NCBI GenBank assembly: GCA_907165135.1
Contig: OU015566.1
Span: forward strand, 4,464,001-4,528,000
Length of the DNA stretch: 64,000 nucleotides
DNA from: Oikopleura dioica
Taxonomy: Eukaryota > Animalia > Chordata
Reading direction: 5' to 3'
Both the position numbers and the translations under genes were made by a program. The notes beneath the pieces are model-generated. The model saw only the letters and a program-made list of their open reading frames with translations. It ran no database searches and was not told the DNA's origin. Below are positions 48,638 through 60,764 of this stretch, in pieces (the stretch's first letter is position 1; each line of letters starts with the position of its first letter).

Positions 48638-50128
48638 TTACAAGCCTTTATTGAAATGAACAGTTTTAATGCCTTTTTCGCGCAGATCAGCGGCGAGTTC
48701 GGGCTCAAGGTTTTCGATCGAGGTTGAAATTCGCTGCGGCCAGATTGCGCAGCAAGCAGGAGTAGCGACCACCAGGGAGAGGCCGATGAGAAGGACGGTT
48801 AGCGGATTTGCCAGAGCTGGATTTCGAGCGAGAAGACGACCAGGTTTCTGAACAAATCAGGGTTCTAAATCGACTAGTCGAGTTTCGACTAAAGTCGAAG
48901 TCGAGTCGAGTCTTAGTCGAAAAGACTAGCTCGACTCGACTAGACTGGTTGTGGAAATAAGTCGACTCGACTCGACTTGACCTTATGAGTCAACTAGATT
49001 GTCGACTAGTCGAAAAAGTCGGGAGCATTATTGAGAAGAAAGTCGAAAAATCTAGTCGAAAAAGTCGAAAATCTAGTCGAAAAAGTCAAAAAAATTCACT
49101 TTTTGCTTTCGACTTTTCGACTTCTCTTTAGACTTTCGACTAAATTTCGACTTTTCGACTAATTTTCGACTTTTTCGACTATTGAAGATTGGGAAAGCCT
49201 CAATCTCCTACGGCACCTGTAATTGGGTGACAACAACAGGAGGAACCACCATCGTCGGAGTCGCCATCAAAATTCTCGAAAGAACGACTTTCGCGATACT
49301 TTCTTTTCCCAAACTCGGGCTGTAGCCAACCACATTTCCATCATCATCTTCCAGCGGCATTCCTCTTCCAAAGCACTCATTTCTTCGCATGTAAGGAAGG
49401 TTGATTCCATTTGCCACAGCGACTGCTCCGAAGGGGACGAGTCGGGCGATAATTGGGGGAAATCGAGAAGCGGCTTTGTTCAAACTAGAAAAATCAAGGA
49501 AAAGAAGTCTTTTTGAATTTACCCAAAAGCAGCTGCACAAGCTGATCCAGCAGCAACGAGAAAGTCTTGAGGGACGAAAACGGGTCTTGGTGAGTTACAG
49601 TAGTTAACCGTCGAGTTGAAGCTCTAGAAAGGGGATGAGAAAGAGAGATCAAGGAAGAAAACGAACCTGATTAATGAATTGACCTGTGATCGCCTGAATC
49701 GGAGTTCTGTAGAAAATGATCATTCCCGAGGCGATTATACAGTTTCCCGGAGCTAGAAATACAATCCAATATCATCGAAAAGCTCGGGATCTACCTTGAA
49801 AGCTCATTCGACCAGGGAGAAAAGTCAGCTCTCCAGTAGACGGATGATACGCCGACTCGTAAATGTACTTGGCATCCCAAACTTGAGCCTTTGTCACTCC
49901 TTCTGGAACTACTCCCTTGTTGATTTTTACTCGCTCGATGAGTTCTTTCGCTGCGACATGATCTCTGACGATGTTAATTGGATTTACTGAGCGGTAGAAA
50001 TGAGCAGCGCGGCCGGAAAATGTGTCTAAATGGATTTTAGAAAGCTTCTTTTTCAAAAATTTTTCAATAATTTTTTTCATACCTTGATCATAAAGAGATT
50101 TTGATAAGTCAACTGTTTCTTCTCCCAT
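48638..50128 (-). CDS. SFXN: Sideroflexin (mitochondrial tricarboxylate/serine carrier family)
   Basis: YDQ/DTFSGRAAHF, WDAKYIYESAYHPSTGE, GRMSFQ, QFINQSFNSTVNYCN, RLVPFGAVAVANGINLPYMRRNE, SRILMATP, TPACCAIWPQ, C-terminal VHFNKGL*. Confidence 0.95.
48865..49190. repeat. TCGA/CTAG-rich palindromic repeat element in SFXN intron
   Basis: Dense gtcgactagtcga, agtcgaaaa and ttttcgact units. Confidence 0.8.
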
Positions 50129-50237
50129 TCGACTCTTCTCTATTTTCTTTTATTTTTTGCTCGAAATTCTAGATAGTTTTCGTTGAACTTGTTTTGTAAG
50201 GAATTGGATTCTCTTCAGATGGCCCTAAACAGAGCGA

Positions 50238-51212
50238 TTATCGATTGGGCACACGCCTCCCTGAACTCGTGTGAGGCACATCGCCCGCAGCATCACACCC
50301 TTGCACTTGATACTGGATCAAACTGTATGATTCTCTATATTTCGGATTAATAAGATTAGGTTAATGTCTCTTTTCTCATAAAAAATTTTTTTCAAGCATT
50401 TCGAGTCAAAAAAAAGTGGAAAAAAATAAAGTCGTACCTTTTTTTAATTTATCTGACCAGCAGAACCCAGCCTCCTTTACTGGTTCTAGTGCCTGACGAA
50501 ACTGCCTCGGGCTAAGTAGAACGCATGATCATCAATTTCTCTGTTTTCTGTTCTAGAAACTCTCTGTTTCCAGGAAACTAAGCTTTCTTTTTTGAGATTT
50601 TCATGCGTCATTGTATTTTCTTCTGTCGAGCTCTTTTCTTGAGCTTGCGTAATTATGCAAATAAATTTGATCGGTTCGAAAGAGAAATTTTTGAGCGAAT
50701 CATCTGTTTTTATTTTGAACTGCGCAAGAACAGGCTATATTTTTCATTCACTAGAATCGCATGTTTCTCATTGCCTTCTCAATTTCAATCGTGTATCTAA
50801 ATTTTTCTTCCCCGGAAAAGCTCGTAAAGGAAAGTTTCTTACCGTAGTGCCTCCTTGTACTGGGAATTTCGCTCCATCTTTGGATGCTCCTTGCCTTTTT
50901 CGATCATGTTTTCGACGACATGTGAGTTGAGAAATGTTTTCCAGACTTCTGAGTTCTCCAGGTGACTTTCTTAGTTCAAGTTTTAGAATCTCTTTTGTCC
51001 GAAAAAATCAGCCAAACCTGCAATTTCCTTCCACAACTCATGAGAATCAATCACATCCTTCCAGAGCCAGCAAACTTTCTCTAACTGCACCAAAAAAAAA
51101 TTTTTGAAAAAGCACTCATTCTCTTCACCTGATTTCCTTTTGCTGGGTCGATTTCAAAAGCGTTTCTGATGATATTCACCAGAATTTCAGGCGGCAGTTC
51201 GTTTATGTTCAT
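50238..51212 (-). CDS. F-box domain protein (3' exons approximate)
   Basis: MNINELPPEILVNIIRNAF / LEKVCWLWKDVIDSHELW matches the F-box consensus. Confidence 0.75.
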
Positions 51213-51231
51213 CTCAAGAAAAAATCAGTAT

Positions 51232-51806
51232 TTATCGCCTACTAGAGCCGGCTTGGGTCATAAAATCGTCAAATTCTGAGCGAGTTAATTTTAAACTTTC
51301 GATTTCAAAAGAATCAAAAATGAAATTTTTTTTAGAAAAAAAAATTTTTTGGAAATCGAAAATTTCTCTTACCTCCTGAGCAATCTGCTGGAGAACAATT
51401 GGAAGTGCCATTCTTCTGAGTTTTCCTTCTGACTTCTTCTTTCTAAAATAAACTGTCCGGGGGCTAAGCAGCCATCTCAGAATGAGCTCTCTGACGGCTT
51501 TAGTCTCCTGACTTTCTGACGGGGGCTCCAGTTGGCACGCTGCCAGAGCACCGCCGACGCAACTCGAAATTTATTGAAGCAATCAAGTAGTATTTCTTAT
51601 TCTGAGTCATTTACTTCCCTCAGAAATTGGCAAAAGCAACGGTCATTTTTGGGGGTTTAAGTTGAAGCTGGTTTAATTTTTCGTTTTTCTATTAGAGGTG
51701 ATTAAAAATTGAAATTTGAAGAATAGACTCACTGATTTTTGAATCTGAAATTATTGAACAAGTCTTCAAACACATCCTTCAAGTTTTCAAACTTGAGCGA
51801 GCTCAT
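51232..51806 (-). CDS. Small protein, possibly COMM-domain-like
   Basis: MSSLKFENLKDVFEDL... / ...KAVRELILRW...KLRRMALPIVLQQIAQE / LKLTRSEFDDFMTQAGSSRR*; weak resemblance to a COMM domain C-terminus; middle junction not fully resolved. Confidence 0.4.
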
Positions 51807-52413
51807 TTTACTCAAGAAAAATCTATTTCGAAGGGGTTTTTGAACAAACTTTGATTTTGAAAAGGTAAGGACGTGGCTCCAAACTAACGAGAAGGCCAGA
51901 TAATATTATCTGTACAGAAATGTCAGTACGGAGAAAATAAATAAAAAAACAACGTCTCATTGCCATTCTATTTCTATTCGTGAAATAAACTTTTTCAAGA
52001 TACCGATGATTTTTGATGATTGCCCCGAAAACTAAAGCCCGAAAAAGCGACACCAAGCGTGCATTATTCTCTTCCTTCTCTGCCTGGAGGACCCCTCCTA
52101 CTGAAAGAATTTCAAATTGAAAGAAGAATAATCTCTTCCGGGGAATTCTTATAGATATTATTTCATTAAATTATAATATTATATTATTATTTCATTTATT
52201 AAGCAGAAGCTTTTCGCCATTTCGGCTTCTTCAGTGCTTTTTTTATGCAACGACAGAGTTCTGTAAATAAAGCAAGTAGAGCGAGTATGAATTTAACGTT
52301 ATTGAAAGTATGGCAACTGGAATATTGGATTTTGTCATGGTAACACTGCAAAGCAGAAAAATATACTCATAGGCAAAAGAGAATTGTCTTATCTGGATTA
52401 GTCAGAAATAGTT

Positions 52414-54727
52414 TTAAGAAGGATTCTTTCGGATGAGGTACAGAAATAAGCAGAAATGGAAGAGCGAGAAAATTTCTAAATACAAAAGAATTCGGTTTGC
52501 TTTGACGAAGCTGTTTGCGTTGGCGTATGAGAAGAGCCAGTCGGTTGCCTGAGCAGAAATAATCGTGAAGATCTAGAAAATGTTATGTAACGTTAAGATA
52601 AGAAATGACTTCTTGCCTGGGTCGTTCCGTAAAGCTTTCCAAAGTGCTCGTTCGGGAATGAAAGGCCGATGACAGTAGCATTAATGCCGTAAGTAAAGGA
52701 TTTGTGAAGAACAGATAAGAAGAAAGAGGCGTACTGTAAAGTTGTGTTTGCGATGAGTGTCAGAGCGGTAAAAGAAATTCCGAAAATCGTTGTCAAAAAG
52801 ACTCCAGTGGCGAGAGCTTTATTTTTGTCGCCAGTTTTGGCGAGAGCTGAAAAAATAGAATGAAAATCGACGGAAAGAGCTTTAGAACTGACTTGAATCA
52901 ACAACCATGCCGGTCAAAAAAGCATATCCAGCACCACCGAATTGAAAAATAGCAAAGTTCGTCATCATCGTTCCGGTAATCGATCCTGCTTCTTCCTGGG
53001 TACAGTTTTGATCGAGTTGAACAAGCTCTTGCGTTCCAGGAGCGATGGCGCCGAGATAAAAATACACTCGCGTCTGGGGTGCGAAACGGGGCAGGGAGTA
53101 TCGGTGCCCCGTCCCATTTTGCCCCCGTGTTACGGGACAGAACGGGGCAAAGTATGCTGGTGCCCCGTCCCGTCCCGGTCCCGAAACGGGGCAAAAGGGG
53201 GCACGGGACGGGGCAGTTGTCCCGTTGCCCCGGTCCCGTTTCGCACCCCAGACTCGCGTCACTTGAATGATGAAAAACAACATCGTTGAAATAAAGAGCG
53301 GGGAGAGAGCAACTTCAGAGCTGAAAAATGCTGGGACTTCCTTCTCATTTTCCTCAGCTCCGTTCTTTTTCTCTTCGGAGTGGGGGTTCTTTTCTACGCC
53401 ATCCAGTTCTACGTTGTTCTTGTTTTCGTCAGTTCCAGATTCAGGCGTTGAGCAGAGCGATTTGTAAGCAGGGACAGTTTTATAATCGGCACGAAGGGGC
53501 TTCAAGAGTGGTTCAAATAAGGCTCTTTCGTGAAATGAAAAATTTTAAATTAAAAAAAATATATTAATTTTATTATTATTGTTATTATTATTATTATTTA
53601 TTTTTTAAATTGAAATTTTAAGATATTATATTTTTGATTATTTTTCAAAGTAATCATTTTGAACCATAAATAAGGAATAGCGTCGATTGGAAGCAAGAAG
53701 AAGGTTCTAAAAATGATAAGAGCGGAGAGAGCAGCATAAATCGCCCATGTCATGGAATATCCGATCGCGTTGTAGATTGCCAGGAAGAGCAGCGCGGAGC
53801 AAGAGCTGGAATCTATTGTACCATTGAAAACGCAGAGAACTCGGCCACGAGCAGCTTCGTAGTAGTTTGCCACTTGAAATTGAGTGACGAGCAGAAAGAT
53901 ACCCGCACAGCTGATTGATGTCCAGCCGTATTTTAAATAACTTTAAAGAAGAAATAAAATCAGCCTCCAATAAATTTATAAAATTCCTACTCATCAGTTT
54001 CGCCGGGAGTTGCAATAGCGACCATCACCGACCCAGCAAGGAAAAGAACAAGCCCGACAAGTCGAGTTTTCATCGATCCAAAGCTGTCCATCAGAAAGCC
54101 AGCAAGAAATGCTGCAACGGCGAAGAACGTCATTGCTAGAATTCAGAATTGTTCATTTGACAAAATTTTCTCGTAGCGGAGAAAGCGGAGAAAGCATACC
54201 TTGAAATTTAACGGAGCGGACCAAAAAATTTTTCCCCGTAGCGGAGCGGAGCGGAGCTGACTAATTTTTTTGTTCTCTGTAGCTAAGCGTAGCGTAGCTG
54301 ACTAATTTTTGGAATCTCTGTAGCGTAGCGGAGCGGAGCTGACCAAAAATTTTTTTCCCGTAGCGGAGCGGAGCGGAGCTGGGGGGAATTTTAGCGAAGA
54401 TAGCTAAGCTAAGCTGAAGTAGCTGAATTCTAGTAGAATTCGCTTGATTCATTCCCGATTCAATTCGATTCACTTACCAAGAGTAAAAATAGCGGTAAAT
54501 GCGGCGTCCTGAATCTCTTGCGCGCTTTTCTCATCTTCTTTGGCTTGTTCTTCTGGCGCTTCTGTGATGGCGACGGAAATGTTCCCAGTCTCTGTTGAAG
54601 AGTCTGTCCAGTAGAAACCTTCTTCTTTATAGATCTTGATCAAGTTTGGCCAGCCGAAAATTGTGCCACAACAGAGGAAAATCTCTAACACTGTGAGCAG
54701 CGTTTGCCCATGGTGGAAGAGCTGCAT
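52414..54727 (-). CDS. SLC43-like MFS transporter (LAT3/LAT4/ENBT1 family)
   Basis: LEIFLCCGTIFGWPNLIKIYKEEGFY, GFLMDSFG, FNGTIDSSS, TRVYFYLG, LSFPNEHFGKLYG; about 12 hydrophobic segments; ends RKNPS*. Confidence 0.85.
53074..53251. mobile_element. 178-bp hAT-like MITE inserted in SLC43-like coding sequence
   Basis: TIR CTGGGGTGCGAAACGGG / CCCGTTTCGCACCCCAG; 8-bp TSD ACTCGCGT at 53066-53073 and 53252-53259. Confidence 0.92.
54165..54420. repeat. (GCGGA)/(GCGTA) pentamer-rich element in SLC43-like intron 1
   Basis: Repeated agcggagcggagc and agcgtagc units. Confidence 0.75.
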
Positions 54728-56120
54728 TTTTAATTTCAACTGAAAAAGGTATGTTTTAGTATCTGAAAGAAAGAAAAACATCTTAAAGTGTTTCTATTCA
54801 TTTGATGTTGCCATGATTATTTATCATTAACAACGTTATAAATATATACTCGTTTTTCAAATTCGTAAAAAATTTGTCCAAGTGAAGCTCTGTCTATGTA
54901 ATGAAGTTCTTGTTCAAAAGAAACCTACCCTGCGCTCGGGGCGGGTCATGCGCTTGAACATAATGTTGCAATTTGCAAAAACTAGGTCAAACGGATTACC
55001 ACCTTCGAAAAAATTGAGGGCATAAGTCACCGTGGTCGGTAAAACCGAGGTGTATTGAGAAGTTAATCCTTTCTTTAGTTCCTTTTTTGATTTTCCGGAA
55101 ATTCAGAAGCTTTACCGTTAGTAACTAATGAACCCAAAGTAGAGGTTAAGTATGGACAGTGGTTTTCCGAAATAAGAGGCTTTTTTGGATGACAGGGGCT
55201 GACGAAAAGTCCTCTTATTTCGGGGCCTCGTATTTCAAAAAATCACTGTAAATGCAAAGTATAACTGAGTCGGATAAGAGGGTTGAAGCGTATTACGCTC
55301 CCAAGTCGAGCCCTTTTCATGATAGTAGAAAGTGAAATAGAGATTATCTCTTTTAATTTCAAATAAAGAGTGGTCGAAAAAGTGATTTGACATCAAAATA
55401 TCCACCCCTGCCCTGACCATAATCACACGACTTTACATTATGAACAATAATTTATGGCCCTCGTTTGGACCTTGATGACTCATGAAAAATTCTCAACATC
55501 GTTATTCCAAGAAAACGATGGGAAGCCTTTTCTGTCCCTTCCAGTGACAGATATTGAGCAGTTTTCAATATTTCACGATTCTGGATCAATTTAACCCAGG
55601 CGCCCTGTTAATCCTATTCCGATATCTATATGCAGTGATTCAAAATGCGTCTGAAGCCATGTCGAATTAAAATGTCGGTAGAAATATGTTGATAGAAAAC
55701 AAAGTCTCAAAAATAATCAAGAGAGGCACAACAAAGTTCAATTTGCTTATTTAGACAAGAATTCGATTAAAATGTCGGTTTTGAAAACCTTTTTGTAAAA
55801 CAAGTCAGGAACAAATCTGAGAAGACAAAAGGGTTCCATTATCTCCCGAAAAAACAGCGAGAGAATACTGGTCATCAAAGATTTATAAAGCAGAGAAAGA
55901 AGGGAGAAGGGAATCAAAGAAGAACAGAGAAACTACTGTGAAAGAGGTCAAATTCCATTTTTCATAAAGCTTCGAATTGAACCCCGAGATAATTTACTGC
56001 GAAATTTAAGGAGCCCCCGTAAGCTTTTTTGACAAGATAAAATTTCCGAATTTGAACATTCTGACCCCGGAAATACATTCTACGGGTCAAAAAAAAAAAC
56101 GATTTGAGGCTGATTTTTTG

Positions 56121-56953
56121 GAGTGGTCGTCATTTGCCCAAGTCGTCATCTGCCCAAGTCGTCATCTGCCCAAGATCGTCATCTGCCCAACTTGGGCAAA
56201 TGACGACCTGGGTGAATGACGATGTAATTGAATTCAAAATGAAGCAAGATGAAAGTCTAACTGACAACTTGCAAAAAAAGTACTCGCAGGAAGTTGGCGT
56301 TTTATCAGTTCAAATTCGACAGTTTTGTTGAGAAAACAACCTCATCTTCTATAATCTCAGATTATTAATCTGGGGCTTTAGCACCGTATCGAAAAGCAAG
56401 GAGTAATGAGTTTTGGCCAACGCGTATCCCACTTTGCTGACTCTTAGCGCCGGAAAATGGTGCTAATGTCGGTTTTGTGTTTAGTCTGAACTTTGGATGA
56501 AATTTTGTTTGAATTGAATGAATGTTGAAGTGGAACCGAGGGTACTCGGACCGAGTAACTCGGCAGCCTAGTCTCGGCTCACATTTGAACTTGAGTAATA
56601 ACTTTTGAAAAGCTAGAAAAAAGTTATGAATCTCCTCCGGAAGCTAGCTCTAAGTTTGGACCATACTGTATGGTACAGTATTCAGGAGACTTTTTAAGAA
56701 GGACTTTCTCTCAGTCTTTTTCTGATCGAGGTCTAATCGAGTAAGTCTTTGCTATTAAAATATATCGACCGGACTTCCGGACTTTGACAGTGATGAGTCC
56801 GTTCCCGTGAAACATACAAAAGCTTTTTTCAAATTAAAATTCAATTACACATCGTCTTTCACCCAAGATCGTCATTTGCCCAAGTTGGGCAGATGACGAC
56901 CTGGGCAGATGACGACTTGGGCAGATGACGACTTGGGCAGATGACGACCACTC
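56121..56953. mobile_element. MULE/foldback-like element inserted in a family E repeat
   Basis: TIRs of about 115 bp built of 16-bp gtcgtcatctgcccaa units; 9-bp TSD GATTTTTTG at 56112-56120 and 56954-56962. Confidence 0.88.
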
Positions 56954-57637
56954 GATTTTTTGGGGGTCGAATTCGACTCGTTCACCCCCAAAATCGCATT
57001 TTAAAATTGGCTTTTTCGCCGAAAATTGACGAGTCAGCCGTAATTTGGCAAAAAAAAATGATTTTTTTTTTGGTCATAAATTCCTCTTATCAAGTTTTTG
57101 AATCAAGGTTAACCTAAGGATGCATTATGAACCAAAAATATGGTGTTTTTAAAAATTTTCTTTTTTCGATGGAAAAAGCTGACGGGGGGGGGGTCCTAAA
57201 AATCATGATATAATTTATTTGATTTTCAAAATAACTTAATAAAAGAGGGAAGGAGTTCGGGTGACGAATGACCAAGCTAATAATTGCAATATTCCATGTC
57301 CTTCGTTAGCCCAGTTCATTCTCATTTTCATCAATCAAATTGAGTGGTTATATTAGAGCCAGCTTGGCCGCCGATCGCCACTTTCCAAAGTCAAAAAAAT
57401 GAGCGACGAAGAAAAGTTTTCACAAATAGCCTGCGATTGTCGCCTCGCTTATGGCTTTGTTTCGAATTTATCATTTTTTAACAAGATTCATCAATATGAT
57501 ATTAACAAAAACGTTTTTAACGAAGCAGAAAACAGTGAGTTGAATCAAGGAAACGCAACAGGTAAGGTCCAAATTGGCAAGATCCGATTCTAGAGAAGTT
57601 TCTAGAGGATGCGTGGCTCCTGGAAGCGCTAGAAAAA

Positions 57638-59518
57638 ATGAAGAATACGACGACATTGGAGCCAGCGGAAAATGTCTTGTTCAGCAAAACCATCGCGGTC
57701 TTCATCAAAATCCTTATGGCAGTCGGCATTCCCGCCAACTTATTTCTTCTCATTGTAACGGTACATGTCTATTTCTCCCCGATTGTAATAGGGTTAATTA
57801 CAGGCAATGTCAAAACGTCGAAAGAACAATCTTCAACGATCGTCATCAATTTTATTCTCAATATTAGCTGGTGTCGATATTCTGCTGTTTTTAATAAGCA
57901 TCATCAAGGTATCCTTCCTTAAGAAAATTATCATGATTCATGTGGATCGTGAGGCGTCTGCCATCCAGTTTTTGACTTTAAATCCTTCCAATTTAGCTAA
58001 AAGCAGACGCGAGGTACGATTATGATTTCGTCGAATCGCATTTTCTTCGACAGCTTTTTTGCCGGTCCTATGCAGGTTCAGGTTCACCTACTCTTCTATG
58101 TCTTCAAATAAGGTCGTCAAAGCGTTAACTCCTGGAGAAAAAAATGACGAGAATAATCAAATAAAACTCTAAGTCGCATAACGCTAAGCAGATTAAACAA
58201 GTCACGAACCATAAAAAAAAAGGGATTAAAGTCGTCTGCATGCTGTTTTCCGTGATGTTGCTTTGCGCAACTGCGCTTTTCCGCTTCTTTCACATTGCTT
58301 ACCCCGCGCACACTCATCGTCCCTACGGCTTGAAAATCGCTGCTGTGGTTTTAGCCTTGGCCGTGTCAGGTATTAATCTATTCTCGTTTTTTTTTCCGGG
58401 TTTCATCGATTTCTTCCAGCTTCGATCCCGATCTTCATGTATCAACAAGTAATCCTCATCGGCCCAGAAGAGAGTCCATCCTGCCATTGGGGCTGGCGAC
58501 TGCCCCCTCGCGAGCTTTGCAAACAAGCGGAAATCGGGATTCCAGAGTTCAACTATCGAAACTGCTCGAATCAAAAAGCGCTGTGCCACGATTTGCCGAG
58601 ACACAAATCAGAATTTATTTATTGGATCGTGATTGTCGTCGTCTTCATTTTGACCCCAATCGGGGCGAGTATCATGGCTTACTGTGGTTTGATCAGAAGA
58701 TTGCACAGTAAGTTTTATTAGAAAATATCATCTTTAAAATTCTAGTGAGCCAAAGAGCAACTGGAAAAAGGGAAAAGAATACGACGTTCTCATCCGAAAT
58801 ATTCAATTGTTTTCGACAACTCTTGGTCTTGCTTGGTTCCCCGTTGTTTTCTGGCGCGTCATACGGTACTTTCAATTCCGGTAGTAGGGGGTTATCATTC
58901 AAGCTGCCCCTAACCCTAACCCTTCCCTAGGAGCTACGCCTCCGTGAGCCCCCCCCCTTGGGCCTAAGCTAGGGGGCTTCGCCCCCCGGACCCCCCCCCC
59001 CGTTAAGAGTTTCAAGACCCTAACCCTAACCACTAGTCCAGATTCTAGAGATATTGGATGGCTCGAATCATAGGCTCGAATGATAGCCCCTCTCTACGTC
59101 AACTCCTCTTGGGATTTGTTGCTGACCGTTTTCATTTCAGGCTGATTCCAGGATTCAGTGACGGGAGAGGCCTCAATCCTGTTTTCTGCGAGTTCGTCAG
59201 CCAAACTGCCGGATTGACGCCCTTAATCAGGTTCAAAACCTTCATTCTTTCCCTCCTTTTCATCAATTTTTCAGCGGAGTTGTCAACCCTTTTCTCTACT
59301 CCTTCTTCGGCAACGTCTTCATTCAAGATCTAGAAAAGATCAAATTCACCCTTTTCCGAAAAATCCCTTCACTAGGAACGATTTTAACTTTTCGACATTT
59401 GATTGATTTCGTTTCATCGAGGATAAATCGTAAAAGAGCCTCTTTTGAAGACTCTCACAAAAAATTATGGTGCTGCTTCGAACTCAAGCGTCGAGTCTCA
59501 AATCAATGTTGCCGGTAA
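57638..59518 (+). CDS. Class A (rhodopsin-like) GPCR, peptide/chemoattractant-receptor-like
   Basis: TM1 GIPAN, TM2 LAGVD, TM3 end ALFRFFHIAYP, ECL2 Cys (PSCHWGW), TM5 FILTP...AY, TM6 LAWFP, TM7 VVNPFLYSFFGNVF. TM2-TM3 splicing not resolved. Confidence 0.85.
58905..59035. repeat. Short element with telomere-like (CCCTAA)n ends in GPCR intron
   Basis: ccctaaccctaaccc at about 58908 and accctaaccctaacc at about 59017, flanking C/G runs. Confidence 0.6.
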
Positions 59519-59734
59519 GCTCGTTTTTCTTCCTTGATTTCGTCCATTTCGTTCTTTTCTAGAGACGGATACGGTTCTTACAGCCTGCAATTCCTCGATG
59601 TTGATTCTCGACTCGCCAAAACTCAACTCATCCAACAATCCATAAATTCCTCGCCAGACTGGAGCCTGTCGCGAAAACCTGTGTAGAAAACCTGAGTCAG
59701 GGTTCTTTGACCACCTTGTGTCAGATTTTAGGGG

Positions 59735-59885
59735 TGGTGTCTGGAACCGACAAATAAATTTCGACAAATTTTACGTGGGCGGCTTCTCCGCTGCTGATTG
59801 GCTGGTTTGCCGAATCCAGGTTTCTGATTGGTTGAAAATTTCCACGAAAAATTTGTCGAAATTTTTTGTCGGTTCCAGACAGCTC
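59735..59885. mobile_element. MITE family B, most complete copy
   Basis: ggtgtctggaaccgacaaataaatttcgac ... gtcgaaattttttgtcggttccagacagctcc. Confidence 0.8.
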
Positions 59886-60120
59886 CTCAAATTTTAACGC
59901 AGTTTTTCTGAATAAGTTTCATTAAATTAAGCTTTTTTATTATTCTGTTTTTTTTAATTTATTTATTTATTAAAAATTTTAAAAGAGAAAAACATTGAAT
60001 TTTTTCAATGAAATAAATATTCTTCTATGATTTTTTTTCTAACAATAATTTCCGAATATATCAAAATTGATGCTGTTTGGAGAATGAATGAATGGACAGG
60101 AAGAAAAAGAGGGTTTGAAC

Positions 60121-60764
60121 TCAGAGGAGCTTGATGAAGGGAGTTTTCTGGGTGCTGGAAATGATCACTGGTCGTTTTGCGCTGAAGGAATACTTTTTGA
60201 AGCGGTAGGGGTTGACGACTTCTTGGGAGAACTTGGAGCGGGATTTCTTTGTTCGGCGGTCGCAAATGAGGGTTTTTGAGTTTTGAGTCGTTTTCTGAAG
60301 ATTTTGTTTTATAGTCTTATTCATCTGGGTTTGTCAGAAATGACCTATGATTAGCGCGAGTACTTACCCTACAAGACATTGGAATTACTCGCGAGCTTCT
60401 TTGGAGGTTTATTGTTTGCGTCTTAGTGGACAATTGTTCTGGCGCCACGGTTGATCTGGCTCTGTAAAATTTACCGCCCGGCGTGATCAGCACATTAACA
60501 CGGAAGAGCAGTTCCGACTCGGCGGCGACGTCAGGCTTTTTGTTCTCGATACGGTAATATGCTGGTGCCGCTCTTGAAAGAATGGTCAATTGGAGGCCCG
60601 GAAAAAACATTTTGGTACCTTGGAGCGACGCGATATCTACTTCGGTATCCTCTTCTGCTGATGTTTCGGAGATTTTTCTGTGTGTTTAAAAATTTAGCTC
60701 TGAAAGCGGCGGAATAGGCATCTGATATTGTTGCTAGTAGACCAAGAAACAGCAAGAATCGCAT
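60121..60764 (-). CDS. Secreted, highly basic orphan protein
   Basis: Signal MRFLLFLGLLATISDA; three exons in frame (..RVAPR/AAPAYY..PMSCR/MNKTIK..FIKLL*); many mono- and dibasic sites. Confidence 0.6.

Noticed and set aside
52898-53289. Extra ORFs across the GC-rich 53074-53251 segment
   Set aside because: Alternate frames of the MITE and SLC43 exons.
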